Shown one piece after another: positions 58,875 to 64,000 of a stretch of 64,000 nt of DNA. Positions within the stretch are counted from its first letter, which is position 1, and every line of letters begins with the position of its first letter. Position numbers and translations under genes: made by a program. Source of the stretch: Podarcis cretensis (lineage: Eukaryota); the NCBI GenBank assembly GCA_951804945.1, contig OX638156.1, positions 66,402,001 through 66,466,000 of the forward strand, written 5' to 3'. The notes beneath the pieces are model-generated. The model was not told where the DNA came from, searched no databases, and saw only the letters and a program-made list of their open reading frames with translations.

Positions 58875-61800
58875 TCGGGAATCCTGTTCCCGCCTGGGAC
58901 TTTCTACTCCTTGAATTCCTCTGCCTCTCCCGTTCGCTTGCTTAAAGCTATATTGAAGCCAAGTCAAGAAATAACGGTTCGCAACCCAAGACAACAGCGC
59001 AGCGTCTGAACCGAAGGCGTCCTAGAGAAAACCGTATTCAAACGTCGCCAGACTGCATAGGCTTCTTAAACTTTAATTTTCATTTTGAATGCAAGAAAAC
59101 GCTGCAGGTTTGGGAAAGGGGCGAGTGAGGTTGGTTTCACATCCATGCTTCCTTTTTCGAAGGAGAAAACAACTTTTTGAGTTTTCTTCTCTCCCTCCTC
59201 CTCTCTCTCTCTACCTTGCAGTCGTTTTTTCTCTCTCTCTTTCTCCCAACCACCGTATCACAGAGAGAATATCACAGCGCTCAGCTCAGCTCGGTTTGAG
59301 CTGGGACCTTCTTCTTCTTCTTCTTTTAAATGGGCAGAGTTAAGGTTATGCTTCGATCCACCATCCCAACTCTCTGTAAGCCCAGCTAGAGGAGCTTTGA
59401 GGAATGTGCCTTGGCCAGCCTCCTGGAAGTGTCAGAAGGTGCTTTTGGGGAGCCACTACAGGCACCCTCCCCGTTGCCAACCATTCCCTCTTTCCCAGAT
59501 TTGACTTTTGGGGAAATGTGATTGATTCAGAGCGAATTGGCTGAGCGGAAAGTGCCCAGTTCTGCAAGGTCCCACAGGCCACGTTTTGCAAAATGTGGTT
59601 CATTCTTTCTATCACTTGGCCTCAGAGCTGGGGGGGGGGGAGGCAGGGGGGCAGAGAGGAGAGATCAGGGGAATGGGACATTCACAGGCTGAAACTGACC
59701 CATCTCTTCCCCAGGTGGGGTCAAGAAGAAAGGCTTGGTCATGGAGAAATGGAAGGCCTAGACTAGAAACCCAGAACGTCCTGGTTGGAAAGATGTGAGA
59801 GCCGGTGTGGTGTAGTGGTTAAGAGCGGTAGTCTTGCAATCTGGGGAACCGGGTTCGCATCTCTGCTCCTCCACATGCAGCTGCTGGGTGACCTTGGGCC
59901 AGTCACACTTCTTTGAAGTCTCTCAGCCCCACTCACCTCACAGAGTGTTTGTTGTGGGGGAGGAAGGGAAAGGAGAATGTTAGCCGCTTTGAGACTCCTG
60001 AAGGGGAGTGAAAGGCGGGATATCAAATCCAAACTCCTCTTCTTCTTCTTCTTCGTCCTATATCTCACTCAGGCCCTCTTCTGACCCCAGTAGGTCCACT
60101 TAGTACCTGCTCAACCTCCCATGTCCTCCCTCAGATACTCCCCACCCTCACAAAAAAATGTCCCTCACTTTCTACAGCTTGAGGTGCTGCCTTGATGTCC
60201 TTCACAGCCTTGTTGCTCTGGGCAGGCAGAGAGGGGTTCCCAGAGGAATTGAGAGCCTGCACTTTCCCCCCATTCCAGGTTGATATGCACTTGCCCCCCA
60301 CCCACCTACTTCATAGGATAAGCTTAGGCTCCCATCCATCGATTCCCACAGCAGAATAGTCCCTTCCAAGTGGGGAGCCAGGAGGGCGGATGTGACAGCG
60401 TGAGGTTCCCCCCCCCCCACAAAGGGGCCACCACGCCCCTGACCACGCCATCACTGTGGCCACGCCATCCCTCTCAGAGGAGAGTTTTTCCTGTCCCATT
60501 GCGGCCAATGCAAAGATTGTGCCTTAGTTGGCTATGAGATGAGCTTGCCTTCTGGGATGGCCGCACACAAAATCAGCTCCTGAACTCCAAACTGTTGCAT
60601 CTGATGCTGTATGTTCATTTTCTCTATCTCCCTTCCCCCCTTTTTTGGTGGATTTGTACCAACCCCAAATGTAATAAGTTGAAGGCTACAGGGGTACCTT
60701 TACCTTTACTTGTTTATCAATTGATACTGCAGCCCTATAGCAGGTGTAACAGGGCGGCGAATGGAGCAGAGCCAATGCCTTCCAGGTCTTTTTGGACTGC
60801 GGTTCCCATCAGCCCCTGCCCAGACAGCTGTTAGAAGTTGTGAAATATTTGGCGGGCCCCAGTGACTTGAGGAAGGATGCAGTTGGGCATCCTTCATTTA
60901 ATCCCCTTCCCCCCCCCCCCCAAAGTGTATATACTTGATTGTAAAAAAAGAAAGAAGACGACCTCTAAGTGGTTTGCAAAAAAGAAGAAAACCATAATAT
61001 TATCAGCAAGCACAATTACAGTCAGCTATTTAAAACGTTCAAATAATAATAATTAAAATCAACGATAAGCTGGGAACCAGATTATAAACAAACATCAGTA
61101 AATCTGGGCAAGCTTGTCTAAAACAACAGTGTTTTTAGCAGGATCCGAAAAAGAGTTCAGTGAAAGTGCCTGACAGATGTCAATAGGCAGGGAGTTCCAC
61201 AGTGTAGGTGCTGCCACACTAAAATATACCAATTTCTTACCATTGTGGAACAGGCATTATGTGGTGCCCCGGACTGTTCCAAATATCAAAGCAGTCAAAT
61301 GGGCATATATGGCATCGGGCAATTTTGCAGAAAAACTGGTTTGGCATCCTGAACATTTCCAGCATTTCAGCGGGCTTCTTCCATGGCTTATGACTTCGAA
61401 GCAAAGATTTGTTTATTTTAAAAATAATGCCTAGAAATTAATGTGAGGTGGCTGGAGAATTTCTAGAGCCTTCCTTTACAAAACTGCAGCCAAGGGTTTC
61501 TTCCACCCCACCCCCAAGAAATGAAGGCACCATTGTTCCTCCAGTTTTGCCTGTGGTCAAACAGGTTTGGTAGGCTTTTGCCATGTTAGCAACCTGCCGG
61601 ACCTCTTTGGCCAGACGTAACAGTAGGACGAAAGAAGTGCATGTGTGTTGAAAAGGAAGAAAAGTGGGTGGTCTGTGCACCTGAGAGTACACAGAGACAC
61701 CATAGGAAATGGTACATCTCTCCAGCTGCTTTTAGCTTTTTAAAAACTATTTCCTGCATACAGACTCTTCCTGTTTTGGGGAGAGGGAGCAATGAAACTT

Positions 61801-62810
61801 ATTCTCAGCTGGGAATGTAGCAAACAACAGTGGGGAAATAAAACCGGAAACCCAAATAACAGAATCATAGAACTGTAGAGTTGGGAGGGACCTAAAGGGC
61901 CATTTAGTCCAACGCCCTGAAAAGGAGCAAAAATGGATGGATGCCCAGAGTTTTGCCGGGAAAGCAGCCAGTTCATTGAACAACAGCTTTGCAATAAGGC
62001 TTTTTGACAATATGCATGCCAGACTGTCCTGGTGACAAAAGCAGCTATGCATTTATGACTCTTCCTGGCAAAAAGAATGAAATTGCATTCATGCCCTGAT
62101 TTGCTTTGTTGTTGTTTTTGTTTGCTTTTATGTGGACACACGACTTCACAATTCGGTTTCCTCTGGCTGTCGGGCAACAGCCACGAATGCAACTGCATCC
62201 ACCTCGCTATTGCTGCATTTGCAATCAACTTCAGAAGCACAATGAATGTGGGTTCCCACAGTTTGGGGCCTCTTCCCCACCCCCAATGGAGAAACTTCCT
62301 GGATTGCTCCCAGAGCAAGCCCTACGCAGAGCAGATCCATTGGGATTAATGGCGATGACCAACTCAGGTCCATTAATTTCAATGGGCCAACTCTGAATGA
62401 GGCTTGGGCTGCTTTCCCGACATCTCCCTAACTGCGAATCTCCTTAGGGTACTCAGGGAGCTCACTTTGGTGCGGCTAATGCAGCGGTTTGACTTCGCTT
62501 CATCCGCGGAGACGCACACCATTGGCTCTCGAGACAGACAAACACCAACAATTAGAGCTTGCCACGCAACGTACGAGCCACTTCCAGATACGGGGCAGGA
62601 TATAGCGCAAGTTTAATTTCTGTGTTGCTGTATTTGCTCCCGGGAAAGAAAAAAAATCCGTTTGCACATAACATGAAAACGAGCACTAACACTTGCACCA
62701 TTCCTCACTACGTATTTCCAGAAGTGGTTTTTGTACTGTGTGCGAGCTCAAAGGTAATTCACAGTTCGGGAAAGGTCAGTGAAACGGAATAAAGTTGCTG
62801 TGTACAAATG
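58875..62810 (+). other. KCNAB2: Probable KCNAB2 3' UTR ending near AATAAA at 62788-62793
   Basis: Follows the stop codon. Repeat-free U-rich block with TGTA motifs precedes the AATAAA. A second AATAAA is at 61836. The end point is inferred. Confidence 0.5.
59797..60054 (+). mobile_element. Young Squam3-like SINE in the probable 3' UTR
   Basis: Near-identical to 52971-53226; (CTT)n tail. Confidence 0.85.
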
Positions 62811-64000
62811 CAGCTTTAGTTGGATACAACCCCCTGAGCTAGATGGGAATGTCTTCAAGCAGTTTCAGAGATTAATGCAAAAAGGTAGGCAGCCTGCTCC
62901 AGGATTCCCAGGGTCATAGAATTGGAAAGGGACCCCCAAGGTTCATCTAGACCATCTTCCTGCAATGCAGGAATCACAGCTGAAACCTCCATCAAAGGAG
63001 AGTCCACCACCTTCCGAGGGAGTCGGTTCCACAGCCGAATGGCCCTCACTGTCAGAAAGTTCTTCCTAATGTTGTACTACCCTTTTTTCTGTCCTTTCCC
63101 CTGATTTATCAAGCCCTCCCCTGCTGCCTCCTATATCGTGCAGGGACCTGCTCATGGCTGCTTTTTGCAATGGCACACCAGGGGTGAGCTTGCAAAAGGG
63201 TTCTTATCTCACACACACCCCTCCTTGTATTTTTTTTAACTCATGGAGGACAACTGCAGTGCAGCGTTCAGCTGCCTGCACAAGAGGGATCCAGAACTGA
63301 GCAGCCTGACACTCAGGAACTGGGGGCTCCTGGTTCAGAAGTGCTGTGACGTTCCAGACCAGTTCTAAGTACGAAAGCGGGTTCCTTTTTTTTCTTTCCT
63401 TTTTTTTTTTTTTTTTTTTGGCTAGTCGGTGGGTAGTGTAAATATGATGCGTTTTAAGACTGAGCCGCGAAAGGCTTGTGTTATTTTTTTACTAACGTCT
63501 GTCCCTGTGGATGAGAAGTATTTTTGTATGTCTGTCCGCCCCCCGCCCCCCTCGCTTACCAAATCGTTTCCAGTGGGAAGCCTTTGTCAAACGCATTTCC
63601 TATCCTCTCTTGTTATAAACCTTTGCTCTCCCCTACTCCCGCAAAGCAACATTTGGTTCTTTATCTGGACTTGATGTCGTCTGTACGGATGGAGAGGAAG
63701 TCGAGTTCAGTTTACATTATGATCCAGAATTACCCAATCTGCATTGAAATGCAACAGTTCAGCCCTCTGCTGCAAACGTAACAGAAGGATGTGGTCAAAC
63801 TGGAGCCAGGAAGAAAGAACGGGACTGCCAGTGGGAGAATCACTTTTTTAAATGAAGTCCCTGCAATGAGAAAAGTGGCTCATGTGACAAGTTCTCTACA
63901 TGCAGGGAGGATTCAGAATTATGATTTCTGCCCTCTCCGGTCTGAGGGAGCGCTTTCCATCCTGCAGCCTTGTGTGGACAGGATGGGTTTCAGCCATATT

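Noticed and set aside
63380-64000. 3' end of a convergent neighbour (CHD5 in human synteny) or an extended UTR
   Set aside because: No coding exon or minus-strand AATAAA seen; cannot be supported from this window.

Overview
Vertebrate genomic DNA, not prokaryotic. The Sauria/POM-type and Squam3-type SINEs, BovB, CR1, L2 and hAT/Tc1-mariner MITEs indicate a squamate, most likely a lacertid lizard. The window holds most of one + strand gene, KCNAB2 (Kv channel beta-2 subunit, aldo-keto reductase fold). I traced 13 constitutive coding exons (34432-58874), one 45-nt cassette exon (48541-48585) and two alternative N-terminal coding exons (14093-14310 MLSM..., 27592-27797 MQVS...), all with GT-AG junctions in consistent phase. 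Predicted products are 400/415 aa and 396/411 aa. The canonical short Kvb2 N-terminus (MYPESTT...) was not found and probably lies upstream. The most interesting signal is the MQVS exon: it encodes a Kvb1.1-like N-type inactivation ball (Cys7 and the basic ARSLG segment retained) spliced onto a Kvb2 core normally regarded as non-inactivating. It has its own candidate promoter and uORF, and RE1 and CTCF motifs lie around the alternative starts. Almost all other ORF-track entries are repeat-derived or spurious. There is one assembly gap (16247-16394). Family names and homologies are from memory and were not checked by database search.
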